A DNA stretch of 64,000 nt from Acidobacteriota bacterium (GCA_963666055.2 CAXWPH010000015.1:768001-832000); one strand, 5' to 3'; counted from the first letter of the stretch, positions 30,014 through 40,532 are shown. Program-made: numbers and translations. The notes: a model not told the origin generated them from the sequence alone.

Positions 30014-31419
30014 ATGAGGGGCCAAAGGGTCTCCAACGGTGCCAGCGAGCGCGGCAGCATCATTGTGGCGCTGTTGCTGGTCATGTGCCTGAGCGCGGTG
30101 GTGATGTCGAGCCTTATGATCTCTACCGTCGAGTACGAGCTGTCGGCGAACACCCTGCGCGAAGCGCAAGCGTTCGCGTTCTCCGATTCCGGCATCGAGT
30201 ACGGCCTGCACATGCTCCGCGAACCCGGCGTAGACGCCAACGGCGACCCGATCGTCGTCAAACATCGACGCCCTGCTGCTGGGCGACGACGGCACCGCCA
30301 ACACCGACGATGACGGCCTGCTCCTGGATGCGCCGCTGATCATCGCCGACGGCGGCTTTTGGATCCAGGTTGTCGACAACGACGACGGCGATGGCGATCC
30401 GTTCACCGATCTCGACGGGAGTTTCAGGCTTGGCTCCACCGGCTTCTCGCACAACAGCGGGCGGCGGACGTGGGTCGAACTCAGCCGCTCCGGAGGGGGT
30501 GGCAGTAAGGGTGGCGGTCCGAACTCGTTCGTCACCAACGGGGCGCTCGAAGTCGGCGGGCACACCAACTTGTATGGATCGGGCGGGGGTGCTGCACTCC
30601 AACACGGAGCTGGTACTGAAGAACAGAACGACGGTGGAGGGCGTGGTGACGAGCTCCGGCGCGCTTGTGCTGGAGCGCGATCTCATGATTGGCGGCGAGC
30701 TGCTCGATACCGACGCCGAGAAGGACGCCTACATCGCGACGCACTCTAACGTCGGGGAGATCGAAGTCCCGCAGGTCGACCCGCGAGAGATCCAGCATCT
30801 CGCCGACTACAAGCTGGGGGCCGATGGCAAGGTGCGCGACAACAACGACAACGTTGTCTTTGACGCCTCGGATGATCCCTTCAATGGCTGGGTCTACAAG
30901 GGCTCCCACGGCTGGGTTCTGGGCGACGTGGAAGCTGCGGACTTCCCGCCTGCCACCTACTACGTTCAGGGCGATGCCAAGATCGATCGTCATAGTGGCA
31001 CCCCCACGGAGCCGTTGCGAATGACCCTGATTGCCGAGGGGACGATTGAGATCAAAGGGCACACCTACCTCAATGCTGACACCCCGGACCTGCTGCTCGT
31101 GGCCGGCGGTGACCTGAGGATGAGCGGACACTCAGAGTCGGGCTTCGAGTACGACGGAGCCATCTTTGTCCACGAACAAATCTCCTTGCACGGCCACACA
31201 CGGTTCCGAGGCGCTATTTGGGTGGAAAATGCCGAGGACGAGCACAGCCTCGTGTCGGAGAACGGGGTCCACGGGCATGTGGACGTGCTGGCCGGATCAG
31301 GAGCCGGATGGCCGGGCGGCGGCGGCGGCGACGACAGTTTCACGGTGATTACCTGGCACGAGGAGCCCATGGGCAACGTCAGCATCACGTACAGGGCGAA
31401 GCACCAAAACGGCGCCTGA
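30014..31419 (+). CDS. PilX-like minor pilin (frameshifts near 30260 and 30590)
   Basis: ERG|SIIVALLLV..., AFAFSDSGIEYG; DNDDGDGDP Ca-binding-like loop; beta-helix-like C-terminus ending ITWHE. Confidence 0.7.
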
Positions 31420-31473
31420 CCCTCGCGTTAGTTGTGCATTCGGAGGACTGGTTATTTTAACTTTAGTTTGCGT

Positions 31474-31496
31474 GACTGATCGTATTCAATAGTGGG
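31474..31496 (+). promoter_or_regulatory. Weaker copy of the AT-rich motif upstream of pilV-like gene
   Basis: GACTGATCGTATTCAATAGTGGG, 15/23 to the 29939 copy, also 52 nt before ATG. Confidence 0.3.
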
Positions 31497-31548
31497 TATC
31501 GATGTTAAAGAACTGTTCTTCTAGTCTTCGAAACGCGTGGAGAATCGT

Positions 31549-31956
31549 ATGAAGTCCAGGGCGAACCACGAGAACGACGCCGATCGTCGGACCGCTGGAT
31601 TTTCGTTGATCGAGGTCATGGTGGCCGCCCTCATCGTGGTGATGGTGGTGCCGCTGCTGGTGGCGCTGCAGATCCGCGTGCTGAAGATGAACGGCGAAGC
31701 GGCGCAGATGGACATTGCGGTGTGGGCTGCCGAGGCCAAGCTCGAGGCGCTCACCACCGCCGACATCGCGACGCTTTTCGGCGGCAGCGAGGAGATCGTG
31801 CTGGCCGACGGTCGCAAGTTGCTACGGACCTGGAAGACGGACGTCGACAACCCCGAGACCGGGCTCACGGCGGTCGAGGTGACCGTCATTGACATGTCGA
31901 TCGACGAGGCAAAACCGGTGACGCTGTGGTTCGTCATCGGTCCACAAGGCTCATGA
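31549..31956 (+). CDS. PilV-like minor pilin
   Basis: Prepilin site AG|FSLIEVMVA. Confidence 0.8.
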   Translation: MKSRANHENDADRRTAGFSLIEVMVAALIVVMVVPLLVALQIRVLKMNGEAAQMDIAVWAAEAKLEALTTADIATLFGGSEEIVLADGRKLLRTWKTDVDNPETGLTAVEVTVIDMSIDEAKPVTLWFVIGPQGS

Positions 31957-32609
31957 GGCGCCTCGCCGACCGCCGCGGATTCTCGATCGTGGAGGTGCTT
32001 ATCGCCACGGCGGTGATGTCGGTGGTGTTCATGGCGGTGTCGCGAGTGCTTGTGCGCACGCAGTCGAGCTTCGAGCACGTGGCTGCCACCACTGGCCTGC
32101 GGCAGTATGCGCGGACGGCGTTCAACCGTATGACCTTCGAGATGCGCCTCGCCGGCTACAACCTGAAGACGGTGCCCGAGGCGTTCGATGCGGCTGCCAC
32201 CACCAGCGTTCGGTTTGCTGCCGATCTCGATCTCGGCGATGCGGCCGGTCCGTGCACCGTGGAGTCCGGCAACGACGGCGTCGAGCGTGTCACCTACAGG
32301 CTTGGGAGTGGATCCCTCTATCGTGCGGTCGATTGCTGGCAGGGAGGCGCCTGGGTTGTCGGCCAGGCTGACCAGCCCTTGGCCTCCGATGTCGATGTCT
32401 CGGCGTCGCGCTTTGCCTACTTCGACATCAACGGCAACGAGCTCGTCACCGGCGGCGGATCGCTGACCAGTGCCCAGCGGGCGTTGATCGCGCGCGTGCA
32501 GATCATCCTGACCCTGTCAGGTAGCGAGCCTGCGGCTCCCGGCATGCCGCCGGCTCGATACCGCGCCGTTACCGACGTGCTGGTGCGCAATGCTGGCGGT
32601 GCCTACTGA
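31953..32609 (+). CDS. PilW-like minor pilin
   Basis: RRG|FSIVEVLIA; EMRLAGY; ends VRN. Confidence 0.82.
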   Translation: MRRLADRRGFSIVEVLIATAVMSVVFMAVSRVLVRTQSSFEHVAATTGLRQYARTAFNRMTFEMRLAGYNLKTVPEAFDAAATTSVRFAADLDLGDAAGPCTVESGNDGVERVTYRLGSGSLYRAVDCWQGGAWVVGQADQPLASDVDVSASRFAYFDINGNELVTGGGSLTSAQRALIARVQIILTLSGSEPAAPGMPPARYRAVTDVLVRNAGGAY

Positions 32610-32730
32610 GGATATGTAAGAGATGTCTCAATCGGAGTCATCCGGTCGCATCCTGGTGCCGCTGCCGAGCGCGGCAGCATCATCGTGTACACGGCCAAGA
32701 TGCAGACGGGCGGGGACAAGAAATAGAGTA

Positions 32731-33111
32731 ATGAGTCGAGCAATGCGTCACGCAATCCTGCCCACGCTGATCGTCGCACTTCTGTGCGCAGTGGGCTGTG
32801 GCGACACGGCCGTCGTGGTGCCCTCTGAGCTGCACGGTACCTGGCATACCGACGAGCCGCGCTACGCGCATGCCTTCCTCAGTATCGATGCCACCACGGT
32901 CGTCTTCGGAACCGGCGAGCCGCAACCGCCGCGCTACCCGATCGTCGGAATCGAAAGCGAGTTCGGACCTTCCGGGACCCTGTACACGATCGGGTACAAG
33001 ACGGGCGAGGCGGTCTCGCGCCTTGGGGTCATCTACGAGCAGCGTGACGGGGCGGCGCTGCGGCTGCGCAACCAGCCGTCGTTCTCCTGGCGGCGGCAAC
33101 GCTCCAGTTGA
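32731..33111 (+). CDS. Hypothetical lipoprotein
   Basis: AVGC lipobox; PSELHGTWHTDEPRY. Confidence 0.6.
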   Translation: MSRAMRHAILPTLIVALLCAVGCGDTAVVVPSELHGTWHTDEPRYAHAFLSIDATTVVFGTGEPQPPRYPIVGIESEFGPSGTLYTIGYKTGEAVSRLGVIYEQRDGAALRLRNQPSFSWRRQRSS

Positions 33112-33134
33112 GTGCCCGTCACGGAGCTGAGCCA

Positions 33135-33653
33135 ATGAGCACAGGCAACCAGATTCGGCCGGCCGTCGCCGGTTGTCGCCCGGTGCAGTGGAGTTGGTAT
33201 TGTCACGACCGGCGAGCCGGGTTCTCTCTGATCGAGGCGATGATCGTGCTCGCGCTCCTGGGCTCGCTGTCGGCGCTCGGCATTCCCGCCTACATGGATC
33301 AGCGCGAGAACTCTCGGGTGGCTACCGCGGTGACCGACATCGTCGCCATGAGCCTGGACCTCCAGGCCTTCAAGGAGCTCAATGGGCGATTCCCCGACGA
33401 CCTGAATGCGGCCGGGCTGGGCGGCGCCACCGACCCCTGGGGTCAGTCCTACCAGTATCTGAAGATCGAGGGCCTGGGCAATAACGGTCCGGTAAAGAAG
33501 GACAAGTTCCTGGTGCCGCTCAACACCGACTACGACCTCTACAGCGTCGGTTACGACGGCAGCACCCATACCCGGCTGAGCAATGCAAGCTCTGCCGACG
33601 ACGTCGTACGCGCCACGAACGGCACGTACGTCGGCCTCGGCGCCGATTACTAG
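33135..33653 (+). CDS. GspG-like pseudopilin
   Basis: RAG|FSLIEAMIV; DPWGQSYQY; YDLYSVG.DG; DDV. Confidence 0.82.
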   Translation: MSTGNQIRPAVAGCRPVQWSWYCHDRRAGFSLIEAMIVLALLGSLSALGIPAYMDQRENSRVATAVTDIVAMSLDLQAFKELNGRFPDDLNAAGLGGATDPWGQSYQYLKIEGLGNNGPVKKDKFLVPLNTDYDLYSVGYDGSTHTRLSNASSADDVVRATNGTYVGLGADY

Positions 33654-33682
33654 ACACCGTACTCCTCGCGGGACACGAGGCC

Positions 33683-35791
33683 ATGCGCTATTCGAGCGGT
33701 CGCTTTCTCTCCAGTCGTCTGGGCCGCCGTATGTTCGCCATGTTCTGCGCGTGCGCCATAGTGCCGGTTGCCGCGCTTGCCCTGGTTTCGTACTGGAACA
33801 CGAGCTCGAGCCTACGCGACAACAGTCGCGCCCGCCTGCAGCAGGCTACAAAGAGTTTCGGCATGTCGTTGCTGGAGCGCCTGATGTTCGCCAGGAGCGA
33901 GCTGCGGATGCTGGATCGTCAGCTCGCCGCTGGCACCATGCTGGCGGAGCTTGAGCAAGATGTCCACGACGGATTCGAGGGTTCGCAGCGGCGGTTTCTG
34001 GGCATCGCCCAGTGGCGCGATGGTGAGGTGGTGGCTCGGGCCGGGACGGCCTTCGAGCACAGGGCGCTGCTCGATGGCGAGCTGCAGCGTCTCGCCGCCG
34101 GCGACGCCTTGGTCACCTTCCCAGCAAGCGGCGACGCCGGGCAGCTGACCGCGGTGGTGTGGGAGGCGACTGCCGACGACACCCTGCTGTCGGGGTGGGT
34201 GAACCCGGAGTACGGCTGGGGGGATGCACTGCAAGTAGGCCTCTCGGAAGGCACTCATCTGATCATCCTGACTCCCGAAGAGCGGGTTCTGGGATCCAGC
34301 CTGGAGGCCTCGACGACACGTGAGGTTCTCCAGAGGATTGGCGCGCAGGTTGGTGCCCTGCGCAGGTTCGAGGTCGAGACCGCGGCCGGGTCGTTCTTCG
34401 GCGGACGCTGGGAACTTCCGTTGAGCTACGAGTTCGGCCACCACGGGCTGACTTTACTGGCGCTGGAGGATGATGCGCTCGTCATGGCGACGGCGAATGG
34501 CTTCGGTCGCAGCTACGCCTTGCTCGGCCTGACCGCTATCTGGGTCGTCATGCTGCTGAGCATCTCGCAGATTCGCCGCAATCTGGTACCGCTGGAAAAG
34601 CTCAAGGCGGCGACCGAGCGGGTGGCGGTGCGCGACTTCAAGCACAAGGTGGAGGTGGTCAGCGGCGACGAGTTCCAGGATCTGGCTGAGTCGTTCAACG
34701 CCATGACCGGCCGCATCGACAGCCAGTTCGCTCACCTGGCCACGCTGGCTTCGATCGAGCGCGGAATATTGTCGTCGCTCGAGCTCGAGCAGATCGTCGG
34801 CAAGACGATCAGAATTCTCGAGCGCACCTACCCAGGCTCCCACACCAGTATCCGGCTGGTTTCGCAGCAGGACGCCACGGCGCGGATCTACTTCCCCGGC
34901 AAGGGGGACGAGCTCGAGATCAGGGCCGGCTGCCACGACCCGGCGGCCGCGCAGCCGAATGAATCCGGGTATACCGTGTATGAGTCGAGCCAACGCTGGC
35001 CGTCGGATGCCGAGGTGCTGCGCAAGCGTGGCGCCCGAGGCTGCCTGGAGTTTCCGTTCGCTATCGACGATCGGCCGGCCGGCGCGCTGTTGGTAGCTTG
35101 CGAGGGCGAGCTGCCGGACACCGACGACCGGGCGCAGCTGCGCCAGATCGCATCACAGCTCGCGGTTGCGCTGGCCAACGCGCGCCTGGTCAACGAGCTC
35201 GACGGCATGATGCAGGGTGCGCTGACCGCTCTGGCCCGTGCGGTGGACGCCAAGTCGGCCTGGACGAAGGGCCATTCGGAGCGTGTGACACGGCTCGCGG
35301 TACGGCTCGGTGTGGAGCTCGGCCTTCCCGAGGCTGATACCGAGCGTCTGCATCGCGGCGGGTTGCTGCACGATATCGGCAAGATTGGCGTGCCTAATGC
35401 CATCCTCGACAAGCCCGGTCCGCTGAGCGACGAGGAGTACACGGTGATCAAGACGCACCCGACCATAGGCGCACGCATTCTCGAGCCGATCCGCGCCTTC
35501 GCCGACGTACTCCCCATTGTCGAGCAGCATCACGAGCGCGTCGACGGCAAGGGCTACCCCAGCGGGCTGACCGGCGAGGAGATGCATCCGCTGGCGCGGA
35601 TTACCGTCGTGGCCGACGTTTTCGACGCCTGCAGCTCCGCCCGCCCGTATCGGGCCGGCATGCCGCTGGCGAAGGTCGTCGGTATTATCTGCGAGGGTCG
35701 GGGATCACACTTCGATCCGCTGGCTGTGGATGCATTCGAGAGCGTTGTTGCCGCCGAGGCGGAGTTCTTCAAGGCGCTCAAGGCAGCCTGA
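33683..35791 (+). CDS. Membrane sensor with HAMP, GAF-like and HD-GYP c-di-GMP phosphodiesterase domains
   Basis: Two TMs; SGDEFQDLAESFNAM; GHSERV, LLHDIGK, HHERVDGKGYP. Confidence 0.9.
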   Translation: MRYSSGRFLSSRLGRRMFAMFCACAIVPVAALALVSYWNTSSSLRDNSRARLQQATKSFGMSLLERLMFARSELRMLDRQLAAGTMLAELEQDVHDGFEGSQRRFLGIAQWRDGEVVARAGTAFEHRALLDGELQRLAAGDALVTFPASGDAGQLTAVVWEATADDTLLSGWVNPEYGWGDALQVGLSEGTHLIILTPEERVLGSSLEASTTREVLQRIGAQVGALRRFEVETAAGSFFGGRWELPLSYEFGHHGLTLLALEDDALVMATANGFGRSYALLGLTAIWVVMLLSISQIRRNLVPLEKLKAATERVAVRDFKHKVEVVSGDEFQDLAESFNAMTGRIDSQFAHLATLASIERGILSSLELEQIVGKTIRILERTYPGSHTSIRLVSQQDATARIYFPGKGDELEIRAGCHDPAAAQPNESGYTVYESSQRWPSDAEVLRKRGARGCLEFPFAIDDRPAGALLVACEGELPDTDDRAQLRQIASQLAVALANARLVNELDGMMQGALTALARAVDAKSAWTKGHSERVTRLAVRLGVELGLPEADTERLHRGGLLHDIGKIGVPNAILDKPGPLSDEEYTVIKTHPTIGARILEPIRAFADVLPIVEQHHERVDGKGYPSGLTGEEMHPLARITVVADVFDACSSARPYRAGMPLAKVVGIICEGRGSHFDPLAVDAFESVVAAEAEFFKALKAA

Positions 35792-35911
35792 TCGAACGCT
35801 GCTCCGTACCCGCATGACGCGCCACAGCGCTGATGATCATGTTTGCGCTGGCGCTCACTTGCCCGCTTGTCGCTTTCACACATGCCGGCCTCCTGGCAAA
35901 GTGCGGTGCTG

Positions 35912-37312
35912 ATGACGGAAACCTCGCAAGGGACAGAGCTACATCGGGCCATTGGGCTACATCGCGCCATCGGGCTGCGACACGCCACGGCGATGGTTGC
36001 CGGCACGATCATCGGTGCCTCGATCTTCGTGCAGCCGTCCGAGGTCATCGGGCAGGTCCCGTCGATGGCCGGAGCCGCGCTCGTCTGGCTGACGGCCGGT
36101 GTGCTGACCATGCTCGGCGCCCTGGTCGTGGCCGAGCTCGCATCGTCGATGCCCGCCAGCGGCGGGGTCTACGTTTACCTGCGCGAGCAATTCGGTGCCT
36201 GGCTTGGCTTCCTCTGGGGCTGGGCGATGTTCTGGGTCATGCACTCGGGGATCATCGCTGCAGTGGCCATGGTGTTCGCTTCCTACGCGGGCTTCGTCGT
36301 GCCGCTCAACGACATATCGACGCGGATGGTGGCGGTAGCGACCATCCTGGTGTTGTCGGCTGTCAACTACCGCGGCGTGCGGCACGGGAGCAATCTCCAG
36401 GCTGCATTTACCTTGGTCAAGGTTGCTGCAATCGTCCTGATCGTGGTCGTCGGGCTGGCGTTGGGGCAACCACCATCGCGGGACGCGGTCGCGGCCAGCG
36501 CGGCCATCGATTCCAGCGTGAACGGAGTTGCCGGGGAGGGCTTCGCGATCCTGGGCGGTGGCAGTCTGTCCGATTTCGCGCTGGCCGTATCGGCGGCCCT
36601 GTTCGCCTTCGGCGGCTGGCACATGGTGAGCTACAACGCCGAAGAGACGATCGAGCCCCACACCACGATTCCTCGTGCTCTCATCGTGGGCGTGGCGATC
36701 GTTACCACCTGCTATATCGCTCTCAACGGCATGTATTTTTACCTGCTACCCCTCGACACAGTGATCCAATCGCAACGCATCGCCGCCGACGCTGCCGAGG
36801 CCGTGCTCGGCGGCCGGGGTGGCAAGGCAATGACCGTGCTGGTGCTGTTCTCGACCTTCGGAGCCCTCTCTGGAATCGTTCTTTCGGGTCCGCGGGTCTA
36901 CTACGCGATGGCGCGTGACGGTCTCTTGTTCCGTTGGGTCGGGGAAGTGCACTGGCGATTTCGCACACCTCACCGAGCCATCATCCTGCAGGCGTTGTGG
37001 TCGTCGGCGCTGGTGCTTACGGGAACGTATCGAGCGTTGTTCACGCGCGTTGTCTACACGGAGTGGATATTCTTCGGTGTCATGGCGCTGGGCTTGATCA
37101 AGCTGCGAGTATCGGCGACGCGGTTGCCCGCGTATCGCCTCGTCGGGTATCCGTTTACACCGATCGCCTTCGCGCTCGCCGCGTTTGCCATCGTCATCAA
37201 CCACATCGTCAGCGATGCTGCCGGGAGCCTGTCGGGGCTCGCCATCGTCGTGGCCGGTCTGCCGGTGTACATGGTCTGGACATATCTGTCTTCTTCAGCG
37301 AGATCCGCATGA
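35912..37312 (+). CDS. APC-family amino acid permease
   Basis: GTIIGASIF, ELASSMPASGGVYVYL, FAFGGW, PRVYYAMARDG. Confidence 0.9.
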   Translation: MTETSQGTELHRAIGLHRAIGLRHATAMVAGTIIGASIFVQPSEVIGQVPSMAGAALVWLTAGVLTMLGALVVAELASSMPASGGVYVYLREQFGAWLGFLWGWAMFWVMHSGIIAAVAMVFASYAGFVVPLNDISTRMVAVATILVLSAVNYRGVRHGSNLQAAFTLVKVAAIVLIVVVGLALGQPPSRDAVAASAAIDSSVNGVAGEGFAILGGGSLSDFALAVSAALFAFGGWHMVSYNAEETIEPHTTIPRALIVGVAIVTTCYIALNGMYFYLLPLDTVIQSQRIAADAAEAVLGGRGGKAMTVLVLFSTFGALSGIVLSGPRVYYAMARDGLLFRWVGEVHWRFRTPHRAIILQALWSSALVLTGTYRALFTRVVYTEWIFFGVMALGLIKLRVSATRLPAYRLVGYPFTPIAFALAAFAIVINHIVSDAAGSLSGLAIVVAGLPVYMVWTYLSSSARSA

Positions 37313-38286
37313 TCATCGACTTCCACAACCATTACTTCCCACCCGGCTATGTCGAGGCGATCAAGGCCGGGCCTAGCAATTTCCGCATCACCACGGACGA
37401 CGACGGCAACCCCGTGTTGCACTCGCCTGGCGACTACAACGTCCTCGTGCCCGGCCACCGCGATATCGACTATCGCCGTCACGTCCTCGACGATGCCAGC
37501 GTCGACATGCAGGTGCTCAGCTTCACTGCTCCCGGAACCAGCATCGAGTCGCCGCAGCGCGCCGCCGAGCTGGCGACGATGATCAACGACGGACTGGCCG
37601 AAGCCGTGGCAGCGCATCCAGATCGTTTTATCGCGCTAGGGCACCTGCCGCTCAACAACCCCGAGGCGGCCGCACGAGAGCTCGATCGCCTCCTCGAGCA
37701 ACTCGATCTCCCGGGCGTGATGCTCTACAGCAATGCCGGCGGAGTAGCGTTGGCGGATGAGCGCTTCTGGCCGTCGTACGAGCGCGCCAACGACAGCGGC
37801 GCGGTCGTATACATCCACCCCACATACCCGCTCGGCGTCGAGGCGATGGAAGAGTTCATGCTCATGCCATTGGTGGGATTCCTCTTCGACACCACGCTGG
37901 CGGCAGCGCATTTGGTCTTCGCCGGAATACCGGAGAGGTACCCGAAGATCCGCTGGGTGCTGTGCCACAACGGCGGGGCGATCCCGTTTCTTGCCGAACG
38001 ACTCGACCGCGGGTACGAAGCCTTTCGCCGCTGCCGGAAGAACCTGCGCAAGCTCCCAAGCGAGTATCTGAAGGATTTCTACTACGACACGGTCAACTTC
38101 GATCCGGCGTGCCTGCAGCTGACCATCGAATTTGCCGGGCCCGGCCAGGTCGTTGCCGGCAGCGACTATCCCCACATGATCGGCAGCCTCGAGAAGATGA
38201 AAACGTCGATTGCTGCGCTGAAGGTTTCGGAAACCGACCGTGCCGCGCTTCTCGGCGCCAACGCGCGGCGGCTGCTCGGCTTCTGA
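37309..38286 (+). CDS. Amidohydrolase_2 family (ACMSD/decarboxylase-like)
   Basis: IIDFHNH, YIHP, HNGGAIPF, GSDYPH, GANA. Confidence 0.88.
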   Translation: MIIDFHNHYFPPGYVEAIKAGPSNFRITTDDDGNPVLHSPGDYNVLVPGHRDIDYRRHVLDDASVDMQVLSFTAPGTSIESPQRAAELATMINDGLAEAVAAHPDRFIALGHLPLNNPEAAARELDRLLEQLDLPGVMLYSNAGGVALADERFWPSYERANDSGAVVYIHPTYPLGVEAMEEFMLMPLVGFLFDTTLAAAHLVFAGIPERYPKIRWVLCHNGGAIPFLAERLDRGYEAFRRCRKNLRKLPSEYLKDFYYDTVNFDPACLQLTIEFAGPGQVVAGSDYPHMIGSLEKMKTSIAALKVSETDRAALLGANARRLLGF

Positions 38287-38823
38287 TCAGGCCGAGCCGC
38301 CCTGGGTGGTAAGCCGAGCCACGATCTCGTCGACCACGGCTTCCGCGCGTGCCTGGATCTCTTCGGCCGTTTGATCCTGGATCGGATGGGGTACGAATAC
38401 CGCATCGAGATCAGGGCGCCCCAGCCGGCTCGCCTGGATGCGGGCGGCTACTCGGAACTCGTCTGTGGCGATGGGAACCGTGGGAATACCTCGGCTCTCG
38501 AGCGCGACGCTGTCGTGCAAACTGCACGTCGTGCACGACCCTCAGTCAGCCAGTGCCTCGATAACTCCGTCGGCAAGGCCGAGCCGCTCCAGGAGCTTCG
38601 CCGGGGCGGGCTTGGTGTAGGTTGGCTTGGTCTCTCGGACGAAGTCCGACACCCCGTGGCGTTCGCGCAGCAGGTGCTCCAACCGGTCCAGGAGGACGCT
38701 GCCGCCGCGCTTGCTGATGTCCAAGAGCGCGATCGTCTTACCCTTCAGCTGGTCGAGACGCGGCGCAGCGGCCTGGGAGCTTTGAGCAGCCTCGTCGAGC
38801 GGACTTACCAGGATCTCTGACAT
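38287..38823 (-). CDS. UGSC-family selenoprotein (Sec94 at UGA 38542-38544)
   Basis: Track ORFs 38542-38865 and 38287-38520 are one frame: ...EALAD-U-GSCTTCSLHD...; SECIS-like hairpin follows. Confidence 0.85.
38512..38539 (-). promoter_or_regulatory. SECIS-like hairpin
   Basis: GTGCA-GTT-TGCAC apical stem with G-first loop 19 nt after UGA; also GTCGTGCA/TGCACGAC inverted repeat. Confidence 0.65.
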
Positions 38824-38858
38824 GAGAGGGCTCCACTGGAATGGCCGGAGAGTAATTT

Positions 38859-40475
38859 TTACCACGCGACCGGGTAGGTAACGATCTGGGTGCCGCCGGG
38901 GCCTGACGGCCAGCCGCCGATCACCGCGGAGAACTTGCCGGCGGTGCCGCCGGCAACGACGATCCGAATCTGGCTCGGGTCGCTGAACTTACGGTAGTGT
39001 GGCTCGCCGTCGATGACGATTTCTTCGTACGTATGGCGAATCTGTGTTCCCTCGGTGCCTTCGTGATCGAATGCCCGCAGCGGCACACCCGTATGCTCGA
39101 ATAAGAACTCGCGCGCGTTCGCTTTCGAGAAGCCATCGGTCGCCAGTGTTGCGGCGTGTTCCGGAGAGACGATCAGCACCGCATCGACCCGTCCGCATAC
39201 GCGCCAGCTCCAGACCACCGCGAGCGTCGCAGCAATTGTCCGCAGTAGCGAAGCGCCCGCCCGAGCCGTGTGCTCGCTGACCTCTTGAATCCCGGCCGCT
39301 CCAAACAGCGTGATGGTGCTGTCGCCCGGTTCAAATCCGAGCTCGACGTGCAAGGGCTCCCAGGGGTTCGCGGCCTCATCTTCGGCGATGCAATAGGAGA
39401 ACTTTCCCGGATTCCCCAGCGTCGACATATCGATCTCGCCCGGCAGAGCGCCTCCGAGATTGGCAATCACGAGCTGAAACGCTCGGCCGATAGAACTGTT
39501 CGCTCGGGCCGTATTGCCGAACAGCCCCGCTCCGCTCGTAAGCCCCAGCCGCTTGGCGATCTTGCCACTCACGATCGTCAGCGGCGTGGCCGAATGCGTT
39601 GTCGCCTGCAAACCGTGAAGGTTGAAGCGCTCGTCACAGGCGGCGCGCACCAGCGGCACCAATACCTCCATGTACTCTGGCCGGCAACCGGCCATCACCG
39701 CGTTAGCGGCGATCTTTTCGACGGTCGCCGCTCCGTAGCACGGCGGAATCAAACCGACCACCAGGTCGGGGGACAGCGGTGCTGCCGCGAGGAAGCGATC
39801 GACCCGAGCGGCGGTGGGCGGAACAACCGGAAGGCACGGAGAGAACCCAGCTTCCATGCAATAGTCGTACAAATCGGTACCGTCGTCGACGGCCATGCGC
39901 GTCGCCCGGGCTCCCGTCTCTGGGCGCAGATCGATGGGAGCCGCACTGTCGAGTGTGACGTCAACCCCGAGCTCGAGATGCCGCGAAGCGCAGCCGGGCT
40001 TGCTCTCCGGCGCGCCGTCGTTCGGCTCGGCGATCGTCTGGGGCTCGAGATTCAGCGCCACGAGCATGCGGGTGGCGATCTCGTTCAGGTCGCCTTTGTG
40101 GAAGCCCGCGCCGGTGAATTGGATACGTCCGTCAGTGCCTATGAGGAACAGTGCGGGTACGCTCGATGGATCGAAGAGACGGGACACCTCGAGATTGCGA
40201 TCGAGCAATGTCGGCAGCTCGATGTGCAGGCTCTCGACCATCTGCCGGGTGTCGTCTTCCGGATCCTGGGAGATCGCGATGACGCGTCCGGGGTTCGAGC
40301 TGAGCGCTTCGTCGAGGCGCTTCAGGTACGGGACGAGCAGCCTGCAGGTCGGGCAGTCGGTCTCGAGAATCGCAAGCAGTACCGGGCCCCTGGCGGTCTC
40401 GCTGTCGGAGCTCCAGCGTTCTCCTCCAGCTCGCGACAACGTGAAGCTCGGAGCCAGCTCTCCCGCGGCGCGCAC
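38859..40475 (-). CDS. TlpA/redoxin (CxxC) domain fused to UGSC-partner domain
   Basis: APSF.L, DCPTC, SQD, VPALF; KPGCAS linker; LPVVPPT, TVEKIAANAVMAGC.PEY, RANSSIGRA. Confidence 0.8.
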   Translation of the reverse strand: MRAAGELAPSFTLSRAGGERWSSDSETARGPVLLAILETDCPTCRLLVPYLKRLDEALSSNPGRVIAISQDPEDDTRQMVESLHIELPTLLDRNLEVSRLFDPSSVPALFLIGTDGRIQFTGAGFHKGDLNEIATRMLVALNLEPQTIAEPNDGAPESKPGCASRHLELGVDVTLDSAAPIDLRPETGARATRMAVDDGTDLYDYCMEAGFSPCLPVVPPTAARVDRFLAAAPLSPDLVVGLIPPCYGAATVEKIAANAVMAGCRPEYMEVLVPLVRAACDERFNLHGLQATTHSATPLTIVSGKIAKRLGLTSGAGLFGNTARANSSIGRAFQLVIANLGGALPGEIDMSTLGNPGKFSYCIAEDEAANPWEPLHVELGFEPGDSTITLFGAAGIQEVSEHTARAGASLLRTIAATLAVVWSWRVCGRVDAVLIVSPEHAATLATDGFSKANAREFLFEHTGVPLRAFDHEGTEGTQIRHTYEEIVIDGEPHYRKFSDPSQIRIVVAGGTAGKFSAVIGGWPSGPGGTQIVTYPVAW

Positions 40476-40532
40476 CTCAGGTGCCCTCCGGGGCGGGTGG
40501 CAGCGCGTCGTTGACCGATGTGCCGTCGTCGC

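Noticed and set aside
30255-30595. Homopolymer frameshifts (also near 5331, 24940 and in the IS3) as phase variation
   Set aside because: Scattered over unrelated genes, often in short runs; sequencing error is simpler, though the C-run near 24940 merits a read check
35939-35974. 18-bp imperfect tandem duplication (LHRAIG x2) in the permease N-terminus
   Set aside because: In frame in a cytoplasmic tail; likely neutral slippage
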